DNA of 58,019 bases, counting the filler, from Sluysia triapertura (lineage: Eukaryota): assembly GCA_046118255.1 (NCBI GenBank). It is 4 parts of 4 records of this genome, joined end to end, with 100 filler letters (N's around TTAATTAATTAA, not from the genome) between each part and the next. Parts side by side here need not be neighbours in the genome. Positions count along the whole stretch, not along the records: positions 17,049 to 29,815 come from JBJNIA010083366.1; positions 29,916 to 41,998 come from JBJNIA010141059.1; 2 more parts are not named here. One strand, written 5' to 3'. Below the pieces are notes generated by a model. It had not been told where the DNA came from, did not search any database, and saw nothing but the letters and a program-made list of their open reading frames with translations. Positions 26,211 through 39,815 of the stretch are shown here, piece by piece (the stretch's first letter is position 1; each line of letters starts with the position of its first letter). A program made the position numbers and the translations under genes.

Positions 26211-26656
26211 TATTTTTTCAGATTTATTAGTCGATTCATTTAATATATGTTTTAATTATTTCTTATTTAAGCCTTATTGAATATATTTACAGTTTTTTAT
26301 TTTTTTGATAAATGAAGTTTGATACACCGTGTACTGTGTTTAGTATTATCAATGTAGATCATTAAGTGTATCAAATTTATTGTTAGATAATCAACATTTT
26401 AAATATTCGAAATACATTAACACATTTTACAATAATACGTATCATAGATTAATTTTTGTGAATAAAAATTTAAATTTTTTTACGTTGTATCACAATGTTG
26501 ATGTTAGTAGGGTAAAACTTATAAAGATTATATTTATTTACATGAAAAGATTTTCTATTAAAATTTTCAGCTCCTTCAAAATTACTTTTGAGTTTAATAA
26601 ATAATGTTTAGCTAAATTATTTTATGGTATTTTGTTTTTATTTCTGGAATTTATAA

Positions 26657-27742
26657 TTTTCGAAATATTGGTATTTTATATAATTTTTATCAATATTAAC
26701 TTTTATCTGTTTAACTTTACAAAGCGAGGAAAATATCCGTCAGCAAGAGTAATAAAATTTTCTGTTTTTTATAAAACATATCAATTTCACTTTTATTTTT
26801 TTAATTTTGGGAAGAAGTTTTTATTTTTTTGATATTAAATTACAGGTCGTGAATTTATACCCAACTTTACAAATTATTTTACTTAATCTAGGGCATGTCA
26901 GACCATATTTATATTAACTTTCTTACACCAATTACAATACTGAATAAAATGATTATTACACGTTTTTTCTAGTTCTAAGAAAATAAAAAATAATTCAGTT
27001 ATCTGGCACTATTTTGTCAGCAAAGTGCTTTTCTTGGATATAAAGAATTTTAACCTGTAAAATAAAACTTGATATAAAATATTCTATAAATATTTTGTGT
27101 TGATTATAATTATATATTTAAATTTTTCACCCAAATATTAATTTACATTAATATTTATAATTACAGACAGGTGTGCAGTATTAATATTATCTTTACAAAA
27201 TTGATTTATTATATCAAAGATTAAATTTATAGCAAAATATTAAACAATCTTGATTAAGTTGATTGAAACGTGTATTTTATATCACATTTTAAACAATTTG
27301 TACATTGTTTATTAATTAATGAAATGGAATAAATGAAAGTTCATTATACACTAGTCATTATAAGTGTGAAAGACTTATGAAGTCTTGTACTAAAAAAATT
27401 AATCTTCAGCAAAAAGAAGAGTAAAATTCAGAATCGTTTTGTTTGTTAGTTAAGTCAGTAATAACTTGAAAATGATTAATTTACATAAAAATCTTAAGAA
27501 GACAATTCACATAACTTCTGTAGGCAGAAACACGTTTTGTACCAAAATATAATTGATGTTTTGATATAAAATTTATTGGCTATCACATATTTTTTACTTA
27601 ATCAACTTTATGAAGCCCTTTTTCGAAATATTGATATTTTATATAATCTTTATCAATATTATTGGTATCCATTATTGGTAACTTTTCTAAGCGAAGAAAA
27701 TATCCGTCAGAAAAAGCGTATCGATTTCACTTTTATTTTTAG
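26657..27742. repeat. Diverged direct repeat (about 26657-26800 and 27620-27742)
   Basis: Shared TTTCGAAATATTG.TATTTTATATAAT.TTTATCAATATT, GCGA.GAAAATATCCGTCAG and TATC.ATTTCACTTTTATTTTT blocks. Confidence 0.75.
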
Positions 27743-29768
27743 TCGCTTTCATAAAATTCTAACTTTATTTCTACTGATTCTAGATGTTAACGAGCTTTTG
27801 ATAAATTAATGGACTTTCATTCTACTTTTTTCGTCATGTGAAGTTATGCTATTATTAACTCATTTGGTGATGTGACTATTAATGATTATTTATAGTGAAC
27901 CGTTAGATCTCCATAAATATGCATTACTTTTCTGTCAATCCGTTAGAGTTAAGGTGATCCACAGATTGTTATACAGAATTTCAGCCTCTATCGAAAATTT
28001 GTCTTATCTACTAATCTGATATGTTCAATTATTCAAAGGTGCTCCTGATAAACATCTACTTCATATTTTTAATGTCAGGTAACAATTTATTGAAATAGAC
28101 AGTCCGATTTTCTAGATGTAAATATTTCTTTAGTCTTTTGCGTGTTTCTTTTATTGGACGACAAAATTTGTAATTATTAATTTCTTAATACAATGTATGA
28201 GATAAACTATTTTGCAATTAATGAATCGTTTTAATAAACGTATGGCGTAGGTCTATCTTTTATTATTCATCTTTCATAAATGTTTACATTATTGAACTTT
28301 CGGTATTTGAATTTCCAAAAAGATTTTGATGAAAGCATGTCAAACTTTTCTTTTACAAATTCGTTCAATTTTTTCACATTTATATTGGATCGACATTGCC
28401 GTAATGCTTTTCATAACTTAACTGAAATTTAAAAACATTCAGAAAGAAATATGACTAAAATAGTAATATTAAAGGTTTCTTTAATTTCGAAAATTTAAAT
28501 GCCATATAATATATCCTTAAAATAAATCTTTATTTATATAGTAATGTTTAAATTATAATACATGTTCATCTATACAGTAACATTTCTCGTAATTTGCTAG
28601 TACTTTTGATTTACGTGCAAAAACTACTGAGACACTACGGCACCAAATCAGGAAAAACTTGTGCTCGTATCTGAAATAACAAATTTTGGTTTTGCTAAAA
28701 TTAAAATAGATGCTCTACAATGACCGTTTTAAACTTTTCAAAACTTTCTTGACGTTCTAAAATTGTTAACATCTGAATATGCAGCATATAAAGATTTTGC
28801 AATTGCAAATATGAAGGTAATTCTTTATTTGAGCAAATGTTAAAATCAAACACGTGTAGAAATGTTAACTAAATGTTTGACTTATTATTATTCTGGATTT
28901 TCTGGTGACATACTGAATATGAAATTGATACAGATTAACTCACTTTGTTTTTAGTTGTTGATACAAGATTTTAATTGGGATATCAACTAGAATTGATAAT
29001 AGAAATTTTAATTTCAGTTATTCTTTTGAAATTTAATTTATTATTTTTTTATTATGGGTATTATTCAATCAAAGTAACCATCACTGTGGTCATAATAATT
29101 CTTAATTATTGTAATGACATTAACTTAATTATATTTGATTACTACTACTACTACTAATATTAGTAATAATAATTATAATTATAAAGTAATTCACGTTTAT
29201 TAAATTATACATTGGAAAATTATACATTGCAATAAAATAAAAAATATTCAAAAATAAATTGGCCCCACAGAAGAATATTATTAACACTAAATATAGTACT
29301 ACCGGTCAAATAACTGTTTTTAGTTTTTAGTTTCTGTTTAATTACTACAATAAAGTTACTTTGTTTAATATGTCTTTACTAGAGTAAATTTATATTCAAT
29401 TAACCCAAAAATGAGGTTTTGTAGGTAATGGTATGAATAGGTATACATCAAACCTTGGCACGTTTAGTGTTAAATGAGCAAATTATGTGTAAGAAACAAT
29501 AAATTGAACATAATTATTAAATTGTTCAAGAAGGTAAGTATTATTGAAAGATTTAATTTTTGTAAATGTAAAAACAAATATAAACCTAACGTGGATTGTT
29601 ATCAGACATTTTATAAATTTAGTGTAACTACTATTCATTGCTACATCATTTGATATTCTGGTGAATTTAATTGAATTTTACTATTAGTAAGTACAATATT
29701 TAAATTTGAGAATAAAATTTGATACAATGAATATAAAATCATTTATTATTTATGTGGTTGCTATATCA

Positions 29769-29815
<47 letters not shown>

Positions 29816-30361
29816 NNNNNNNNNNNNNNNNNNNNNNNNNNNNNNNNNNNNNNNNNNNNTTAATTAATTAANNNNNNNNNNNNNNNNNNNNNNNNNNNNN
29901 NNNNNNNNNNNNNNNCAGGCATACAAATTAGAAGCAAAATATACATACTAAATCTTAAAATTAATAAAGTAATAATAGAATGCATCAAGCTGGTTAATGC
30001 AATTTTCAGATTTAAAAATGGGGCACTTCCTGTAACACAAAAGCAATTTAAAATTTTTATTTCAGAGGTCATTTGTCAAATAAATACGAAGTTCCGTAAT
30101 CATTGTCATTATCTTTAGTTATTCATATCGAAACATAAACTCCAATCATTTCCAAATTTTTTAAATACCAAATGTACAAAATTTTAAGCAAAATTTTATT
30201 TTCATCACATATATTTGTTACTATAAATAATATTGTTTCATTAAATTAAAATTTTACTGATTAATAACAAATAATAAATAAAAGATTGTGATTTAATATA
30301 ATATTTAAATAAATTTTGAAAAATAAAATACATAAATATAAAATAAGTGATGTCAACTAAC

Positions 30362-30508
30362 ATTATTAAAAATTATCCAAGGCACAAAGTTTAACGGTGG
30401 TTTCAGGTTATCAGTTTCTTTAGCAACTTTATGCATCAAATCATTTCCTCTTTTACTATTTACACATTTATCGATAACGGAACGGTTCAAGCGATATTTT
30501 TCAGCACA
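30362..30508 (-). CDS. IFI30: Exon of GILT (gamma-interferon-inducible lysosomal thiol reductase) family gene
   Basis: CAEKYRLNRSVIDKCVNSKRGNDLMHKVAKETDNLKPPLNFVPWIIFNN matches the GILT C-terminal 'C..S..G..L.H..A..T..L.PP..YVPW' signature; flanked by AG and GTTAG. Confidence 0.8.
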
Positions 30509-31072
30509 CTGTATTATACAAAAAATAATTAAATTCAAATATAATTATTATTATAAAATGCAATTAATTTTTAAATTGAAAAGCTATTTAATTATGTTTA
30601 TTCTCAAATGTTACACTCAGAAGTCCTTAATATAAATATGTAATACTTACAAAACATGTGTTAAAATAAAGCTGCTTTTTAAATAACTTTTCATGTTGTC
30701 ATGTGTTGAAATTACTCATTTCGTTAATAAAAAATAATTAATAATTAATTATAATTTTACAAACCTGTAAAAGTGAAGCTGAACTATATCAAAAGTATAC
30801 TGCAAGAATTTTACTACTAAAGAGAGTTAAGCTTATTCTTACAAAATAACTGAAGATCTCGTTCACCTATTAAGTACGACTTATATCAACTCGGAGACGC
30901 AATATTAGAATTTCTATTAGATAAATACGATATTATGTTAAAGGTGATTTATACTATTCTGGAAATTTAGGCTCTAAAATGTAAATATGATTATCAATTC
31001 AAATTATTCTATTATACAGATTGGACTACTATTGAACTATAGTTGATTAAACAATATTGAGCTAGCCTTTAA

Positions 31073-34000
31073 GGTCTAGTAAATATGGACAACCGTTAAA
31101 TCTTCTATTATCACGTACAAAAAATAAGTGAACGTCAACACCTGGTAATTTGTATTAAATATCAAAATGCACTATTAATAATTTTTAAAATGCAATATCA
31201 ACAATAGTTAATTGGCAGAATTTAGCAACAAAAATATAATATAATATAATCATAAAATATAATCATATAATTAACAAAATTATATAACATAATCCTTAAC
31301 AATTCCACAACCCTCACCACACTTTATACTTTACAACTTTCATAATCAGGCAATACACAACGTCATCCAATCAAACATTCTAATTGTAAACCATTTAACA
31401 ATAATAATAATAATAATAACTGCACAAATTCATCACACAAATTATCTACAAACTTAAACAATTTATATTCGTATAACATTAAAGCAAGAGGTCAACATAA
31501 TCCAGGAATTCATCTCAGATCCATGTCATTAGAATACTGAATAACAATATTTCAATATTACAATAGCTATTCTATAACTCAAACAATTCATATGCCATCA
31601 GCAAAAAACCAAATAATATGTTAATATATGCATAAGATCATGTTGTAAGTTAAAGAGAAATAAAAGATTTATGAATAAAAGACACAAAATAGAGTAAACA
31701 AAAACTCAAACAACTTTTAACTCGTAAAACACTTAGCAAAATTCTCAATCACCGAACAATTTTCTAAACACCTTGCAGTTAAAAACTTAACCTTTATAAT
31801 TTCATAACTCAAGTCATCATTTCTTCTGAATATTGAAATATATTATATTTATGCAAAAACATGTTTTAAATAAGCAGAAATGTAAAAAAACAAATAATTA
31901 ATAAAAGATTTTATAATATAATAATAATATTGTTAAGACTTTTTAAACAAAGTTAATAAATTGATGTAATAGTTGATGTATTATGTACATCAAACATTAA
32001 ACATTATACATTAAAGATGATGCATTTAGATGTTGCAAAATTATTGTTTGCGTGTAGTTAAGTTAAGAGTAAGAGTTACAGTGACAGTATGTAATCATGT
32101 TTTAAAAGAGTGTAGCAAAACGAAATGTGTGTATTCATAAAAGCAATCGTTTTTTTAAAGAAAAAGATTTGCTCAAAACAGAAAGTTAATTCTTTAATGT
32201 CATTTGTTGAATTTGTCATTAGTCACGTAGCCAACCTATTTCCCTAATAATCATTCTCTACAAATCACATTCAAAAAATCAACACATTATACATAAAACA
32301 TTAAACATTTTGATACTCCCATATTTTTCTCTTTTACAGCCACTAAAACATCATCCGTCAAAATCAATTAAACCCGCAATCTCATAACATTCAAAACCAT
32401 TAAACCACATTAAAAATTCATCTAAAATATTTTATTCTACATTTCTTAACAGGTCAATCACAATCAAATTCGAAATTAATCAACAAACATCTCCAAAGCA
32501 ATTCAAACATTATAATCCACGATCTTGTACTATTAAATCCTAACAACCAAACACGACTTTCTTTCAAAACACCAAGCATACATTTAAAAACTAATTTAAA
32601 ACAGCTCAAATCGTAAATCTCTAGAATCACAAGATAATAACAGCGTTATAAAATTTTAAAGAATCTAATACTTTCTGCATTTTTATAACTATAATAACAA
32701 TAGCATTGTCGCTCTTATTATTGTTATTATCCTTAATTCCATCATTTTTAACTCTAACTTTAATATGTTCAGAAATATAAAAGAAATAAAAGAAACACCT
32801 TGTATAAAATTCTAAAACAAAGAATTTATGTGTTTTTCGGTTAATAATAATAATAACATTTTGTTATTATTATTATTATTGTTATTGTTATTATTGTTAT
32901 TATTATTATTATCATCGTTTTAATTTTTATTATTTTTAATTTTTATCAAACTACAAAAATAATTCAGTAACTACCACTATTAGTGGCTAATTCATTAAAA
33001 TACACTTGTAATCAATAATGGTTCACTCATCAATTGTTCAATTGTATTCATTTATTGGTCACCCAACCACAATAAATCTTTACATTGCTTATTTTTGTTT
33101 CTGGTTGGATGGCAAATCAGTAGTATAATAACAAAAATTTTTCTCTATTCAGCATTGTTAAAAATTAAAAATAGAAATCTGAAAAACAATTGGCAGCGAT
33201 TAAAAAATTTTATACATTATTATAAAACTAATCAAAAATTTTACAGATAACTGATGACTACTAAAAACTATTGTTAACGAAACCGACTATGAATGATAAG
33301 TATAAATTATTATGCAATGATCTTAAGAAATATTTTTCTATTCTGGAACCTGATGTAAATAATCGATCTGACTTAAGACAGTGATATAATAGAAATATGT
33401 TTTAATTTCAAATATGTTTTAATTTTCCCGAGGTAAGACAGAAAAGATTATACTCCAACAATTCAAAAACAACTGATCAAATACTTATTCGTTGTATTTA
33501 TTCATACGTATTCCAACTTAGGGTTGATCTTAGAGTTTTAAAGGAATTTACTAACCAATATCAAGAACAAATCAATGCCTCTACATTTTGCCACAAAAAT
33601 ATAATTGATGTAATTCAACGCGAGATCTGTAATTTAAGAACTGTCATCATCATTGTCAACTTCAAAACTAGATTAAATATCCACAACTTCCCCAGTATAT
33701 TTCCTTTACGTTATTTGTCTTTAAATATGAAAACGTCAAATAAAAATTTGAAAGAGAATGCCTTTTATAAAGTTATGATACCAATATGTACAGAACCAGT
33801 TAAAAATGATAAAGTTAAATTTCTGATGATGCAAGGAAGGAAGAATTTTCGAATAAGTGTATCTGTAATTAGTTATGCTAAGGTAATTTATTTGAATCAA
33901 GGTGTAGAACCCACACCAATAATTACAAGAGATAACGTATGGAATACAAAAAATGATTAAAATTTTCAAGATTCTAGGAATAAACACAAACTCAAAGTTA

Positions 34001-34511
34001 TTTATAAATAAAGTTAAATCAATTGCTTCGTGTTGTTTAAACAAAGACGATATAACTGAATATAAAAACAGCTACCCAACACAGTAACGATGTATCCAAA
34101 AATCAAGTTTTTCTCCGATCTTCCACTATAAACTCGATTGTTCACAACTTTTTGAAAAGCTTTTTTGATGAAGATGAAGTATTTATTTCTTTTTATGATA
34201 TTAACAATAATTTTATTTTTGATTACTTTTTAGATAGTGAAACATGGACTCAAGTAGACTGTATATGTGGAATAAAATTCTCAAATATTAAATTTTTAAT
34301 TGTAGATATATTAAATAAAATTTTGTACGAGTATAGTTATTCATTTGTCATTAATAAATCAAAATTTTTATATAATTTATTAAATTTAATAAAAGATAAG
34401 GTAGAATTTAAAATTTTCAAATATCTAACAAAATCTTTTGAAAGAATTCGATTAATTCAAATGCTAAAGTTAATTTTATTAACAAAACTAAACAACTTAT
34501 TACACCAATAA
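31073..34511 (+). mobile_element. Double-hairpin cargo cassette, copy 5 (long, possibly duplicated body; decayed cargo 33289-34511)
   Basis: Degenerate terminal motif 31073-31097; CCTCACCAC and AGGTCAAC blocks homologous to the reverse of 50900-51130; 32300-32840 homologous to the reverse of 2940-3420; (ATT)n 32860-32915; hairpin 2 variant GTCACCCAACCA 33058-33069 / TGGTTGGATGGC 33102-33113; then broken + ORFs (33289-, 33715-33960, 34152-34511). Confidence 0.65.
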
Positions 34512-34770
34512 ACATGACAGAAGCTCCCCTAAAGAACGTGTTCAAATGACTATCACGTTTTTATAAATTTATTTAAGATATATTTAGTTTTTAATACTTA
34601 AATTATGTAATATTTTATTTCAAATTTTTAGTTTTTAATTTTTAAGTTAAAGTCTCCTTCATTCATTTATTGCATAGTAATGAATAACTGATAAATGTTA
34701 TCAATGTATTTAGCAAAATTTAGTTAAAATTCTCAAAATTTGATCAAGGATTCACAATAAATATACTTAC

Positions 34771-35021
34771 ATTTACAAATGAATTTCCTGTATATGCGTC
34801 AGCATCATTTTGAAAAGCGTCACCACCATCATCGTCATCATCATCAATTCCATGTTCAATTTCATCAATCGCTTTCACATTACCCATTTCATCAATAACT
34901 ACACAATTGGAATCTGTTCCAAAATTAGGTTTATCACCGGGATCATCATCATCGCAAATATTAATCACATTTATAGGATCATGAGGATCCGCTAATACTG
35001 GCATAACTTCAGTATTTGTCA
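34771..35021 (-). CDS. Acidic internal exon of an unidentified host gene
   Basis: Asp-rich open frame bounded by a TTTAG acceptor and a GTAAGT donor. Confidence 0.6.
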
Positions 35022-35559
35022 CTAAACAATAAGAATATAGTTGTCATAGAATAAAATCTTAAGAAATCGAAAAATCAAAATTAGGTTGTCGTAATTATGA
35101 TGTATGAAAATGAAGCATGAATTTCAACAATCAAACACCGTAATACATCTACCATTTATATCGTGTAACCGGGCTTATTTTATTCATTAGGCTTACATTA
35201 GGTGTAGTTCTCCTTCAATATTCCTAATCGATATTTATAAAGTTTATGAACCTGTATTAATGATTTTCATATTAATTTTGCTTTTTTGAATAGTAATATC
35301 TTAGGATTCTTTTTGGTAGGAAACTTATTTCTCAAATTTTGGATACGAAAATTAATGATGTCTAAATTTGGGCAGAATATGTTGACTGCTCACTTAAGTT
35401 ATTGATTATAACAATAATACTGTAAAATTACAATAAAAATTACAATAAAATTTCCCTCTGTCAGGAAATATGGTATATATTTCAAAAAAAATCGCTAATT
35501 ATCGAGAATATCGAAAACGCATGGCAATATTCATTATATTAGTATTGTGTATATTGAAT

Positions 35560-36132
35560 GTCACATAACCTAGCATAATTGGCAGGTGTTGAGTTCGTGT
35601 AAAGTAGGAGAACTTGATCAGCTTTTTTAAGATGGAAAATTCCAAGAAAAATTTATAAACTTAAAGATGCCAAATGTAAACAATTGACCGAATAACGTCA
35701 TGGTATTCTAGAAAAATTATTACAGCACTGAAAGACACCAATGAAGTTGCTGCTGTACTTCAAGTAGAATTTGCATGCAGCACAAGCTCAATATAGAGAA
35801 GGTAAAATATGTGCCAATGTTTCTGCAAAAAGAAAAATAAATGCGAAAAACGGAAGGATTATTCTGACAATTTAGTACAAGAATCCACCATTAAATCAAC
35901 GAGAAAGATTCGCAATTAATATTTCAAAATCAACTTTGTTTTATATATTTAAACTCTTTTAAGTGAATATCTTCTACAGTTAAACTTACTTTAATGGATA
36001 AAAATAAATTGGAAATATTACAGTTTTACTTATAAAAGGTAAATTTTCTTTTTGATGATTTGTATTACTACGTTCATATTGACGAAAAATGGTTTTATCA
36101 TAGTAAAGTTAAACGCTCTTATTTATCTTTTT
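35560..36132 (+). mobile_element. Decayed mariner transposase, DD39D ('plant-type') family
   Basis: FDDLYYYVHIDEKWFYHSKVKRSY (about 36050-36122) carries the HIDEKWF first-Asp motif; upstream PLNQRERFAINISKSTL resembles the HTH region. Confidence 0.7.
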
Positions 36133-36703
36133 CGCAAATGTATACCATATTTCCGGTTAGAGGAGTTAATATATTAATAATTATAATAACATTACTTTAA
36201 GGTATAAATTAAGATGATGCTTCCAATAGAATTTTTAGTTTTTCTACATTTGTTGACCAATGTGACCAAATTGGTGAACATTCTATGATAAGTTATTTTG
36301 CAAGAATTGTATTATTTTGATGAATTGTGCTGAAGTGGTTGACAAATGTAACCGGATCCACAGATTATAGTTTATTACATCATATTTTGGTAAATAATGC
36401 CCCATATAGGGGGAAAACTTTAGTTGCATATTAAGTATAAATTTTAATGACAGTTTAAAGTATTGTTAACTGCGCACATTTGCAAATTTATATAGCGCAT
36501 AATGTATAAAAATAGTTCTACAAATTTTAGCGTTTATTTGTTTAATCCTACTTTGAGTTATGTTTATTTACATTAAATGTAGTAATTTAGTTTCATTAAT
36601 TTTAATTCATTCAGAAAATAGGTTTGTTTGTGATAATAATAATTATTATATACATTATTAATTAATTAATTTACAAGTTAGTCAAATAAAATACAAATCT
36701 AAC

Positions 36704-36993
36704 CATTCGTGTCCAAATTATCTTTTGAAAATATAGATTTATTCATCATTAATGATATTTTGCGCCTCATCATTTCATTAATATTTCCCATTACTTTACT
36801 ATTAATAGTAGGAGGGAGCATGTATTCTTTTTTAATATTTTTATTCAAACAGTCTTCTGTTAATTGAATACTACTTTCAGAAACTTGCTCTAAAGTTTGA
36901 AAATCTTCTGTACAAAAAGGATGACAAAATCTGTCTGCAGCCACTTTGGATATAACGAAATGTTGAAATAATGGTTTCTTTTCACGTTCTCGT
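36704..36993 (-). CDS. Internal exon of an unidentified host gene
   Basis: Open frame EREKKPLFQHFVISK...DNLDTN bounded by TTTAG and GTTAG; a short intron-like gap precedes it. Confidence 0.55.
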
Positions 36994-37709
36994 CTAAAAT
37001 TAAAATTCAAAGTTAAACGATGTTACACCTTGAGTATTGAATTTCTTTCATTAGAAAACAATTCTTTCCATAACTAAAGCAATAAAATGTAAGCATATGT
37101 TTATACGATAGAATTGATCTATTTTCGAATAAGCGACTAAGTCAGTACTATTTTCATGGATACATAAAACAAAAAAAATAAATATATTTGTGTTTATGAA
37201 CATGTTTGATGAAAAATGAAATAAAAAGGTTTTTAGATCAAAATATATACTGTCTCAGGAACAGAAATAATCCAAAAAACAAAAAAGGTAGACTTTATGA
37301 CTAAAAACTTAAATTGTGCTTATTTTAATAATTAAGACTAATATTATTAATTTTATTATTAATTATTTTAAAACTAATAATTATAAGCATATTGCAGAAA
37401 AAAAAGCAAGCACCGAAGAAATCAAGCAATATTACAGACATTTCAAATAAACATTCCTGAGCGAGAGCAGGTAAATGATAAAGATGAAAGATCTGATAAT
37501 AATAATAATAATAATGATAATAATAATAATAATGTTTAATAATAAAATCTGAAAATAAATAACGGCAACGTAAAATGTTGCATATCTAATTAAATATATA
37601 TTACTGCTACTAAAATTAGTAGCACCACAAATCTACGATTAAAAATAATTATGAGTAACTAGACACAAAGGCAAGAGTTAATTTTTAGTGCATTAATTTA
37701 GTTCCTTAA

Positions 37710-38332
37710 ATGGAAAATTTCTACCTAATTTCTAATGCGTACATAAAAGAGAAGATAGTTTATGTAAATAAATTAGAACGAATTAATGAAATCATCAAGT
37801 CAACCTTTATTAATATCTACGTAGATAAAATAAAGCTCAATCAAAAAATCATCAAGTCGACCAGAGGTAACGTCTATCTAAACAGCATCAAGTTCTTTCG
37901 TGAAGTTAGCAAGTCTAACAATAATATTGCTTATGTAAACAAATTAAAATTATTCCATGAAATTAAGAAATAAAGTAAGGTGTTTCAAGTGAAAAAGCAG
38001 TTTTATATAAGTTATCCAAATTAGCAAGATTAATTTTCACGTTCATAAAGTTAACAAGATCTATGAAGAACTACGGTATATAAACAACGTATATGTATAC
38101 GAAGAGAAAATTAAAACAGCCAACGTGATAGAAGTGTAAAATGAACATTAGTCGATCAATCTGTGTTTTACCGCTTATAATTATCAAATTATGCAAAAGT
38201 CTCGTACCAACTTGTACAATTTCTATAATCAAGAAATTCTTTTTGATTCCATTACTAACATTTATTCTTTTTCTTTCATTTTTTGTAATGTCATTTCTCA
38301 ATATGTTTGGTATCATTTATATTTCAAAATAA
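37710..38332 (+). pseudogene. Decayed ~19-aa repeat protein with C-terminal hydrophobic segment
   Basis: IVYVNKLERINEIIKSTFI / NIYVDKIKLNQKIIKSTRG / NVYLNSIKFFREVSKSNNN / IAYVNKLKLFHEIKK; a downstream frame ends FFLIPLLTFILFLSFFVMSFLNMFGIIYISK*. Confidence 0.4.
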
Positions 38333-38564
38333 ATCAGGCTTCATTGATTATTTTTATTCACTATTTTACAAAATTTTTATTGTAAGATATTTAGTTATTA
38401 AAGATATTAATGAAATTTATTATTTTAATTGTATTTCCATAAAATTTAATTTTTCATTAAATAATCATATATTTAATATAAACCAAACATTTTCTTATAA
38501 CTATAAATGCTAAACCTTAAAAACGATTACAGTAAAGATAATAAAAAAAGTAATTAATGACTTC

Positions 38565-38615
<51 letters not shown>

Positions 38616-38645
38616 TATAAAAATAAAATGACCTTTAATATAATG

Positions 38646-38821
38646 AACTCTTTTAAGTGAATATCTTCTACAGTTAAACTTACTTTAATGGATAAAAATT
38701 GGAAATATTACAGTTTTACTTATAAAAGGTAAATATTCTTTTTGATGATTTGTATTACTACGTTCATATTGACGAAAAATGGTTTTATCATAGTAAAGTT
38801 AAACGCTCTTATTTATCTTTT
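38646..38821 (+). repeat. Near-identical copy of mariner fragment 35952-36132
   Basis: Direct match apart from a few small indels/substitutions. Confidence 0.9.
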
Positions 38822-39815
38822 GCGAATTTTCTCAAAAGTTAACTTTACGAATTTATACAATATTTTATGGTATTGTTCACAATTTTGTAACCATACGAAC
38901 AATAATTTTTCAATTCAAAAATCTAAAGTGTCACCACAAAAATATTTCGTTCTGCTAAACAGTTGATTATTCGCCGAAATTTACAATCCTTTTAAAATGC
39001 CTACGAAACAGTTGATTAAATTACGTTAGTTTTATTTTCATAGGAAAACGCGTTTTAAAAGATGTAGTAACATATTACGTAAAATTTTTTGATAGATTAA
39101 TTTCACCAGTTATTTTAAATAGATTGTTAAAATCCAAAAAAACTTTAATTAAGCATTCGATTAAAGATCTTCCAATCTTTAATAAAGTAAATTACTCTTA
39201 CACAATACAAGATAACTTCTATTATTCTTGTACTATTTTCATAAATCATTTTTAGGCATTTTGTAAAAATATTAATTTGATTTATTTATTTCTTATTGAG
39301 GTTATGTCGCCACCCATTTATACATATTGTAATGAAATGTAATGTTCTCTAATTGAATGTTTGAAAATAAGTTTGATTTAAAATATTTTAGTTGTGTTTA
39401 CTACTAATACTAATACTATTTAATTATTTCTAATCTAATTTTAAATATTATTAAAATTATAAACGAATTGAATGACTTATGCATGTTTAATAATAATAAG
39501 AATAAAAATATAAAATAATATAATACGTGATCGAATGTTCGAATAATATTTGCGAATAAAAATAGTATGGTTGAATGATATAAAATGTAAATCATAATGA
39601 TGATTATGGGTGTAGGTTTCGAATAACCGTTTATAGATGTTAATGTTATTTGATTTAGTTTAATTTCGGATTTTAAATAAAAATTTATGGGCATCTTTAA
39701 TAGGTGAAGGCCTAAGATGTTCGTTTATATTCATAACGTAGATTGATGTTGAGGGCGTACTAGTGAATTTGATACCGTAAATAGCTTTATAAGTACATTG
39801 GAGAAATGAAAGTGT

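Noticed and set aside
27850-28830. Possible decayed coding region on the minus strand
   Set aside because: Multiple stops in all frames and no identifiable motif.
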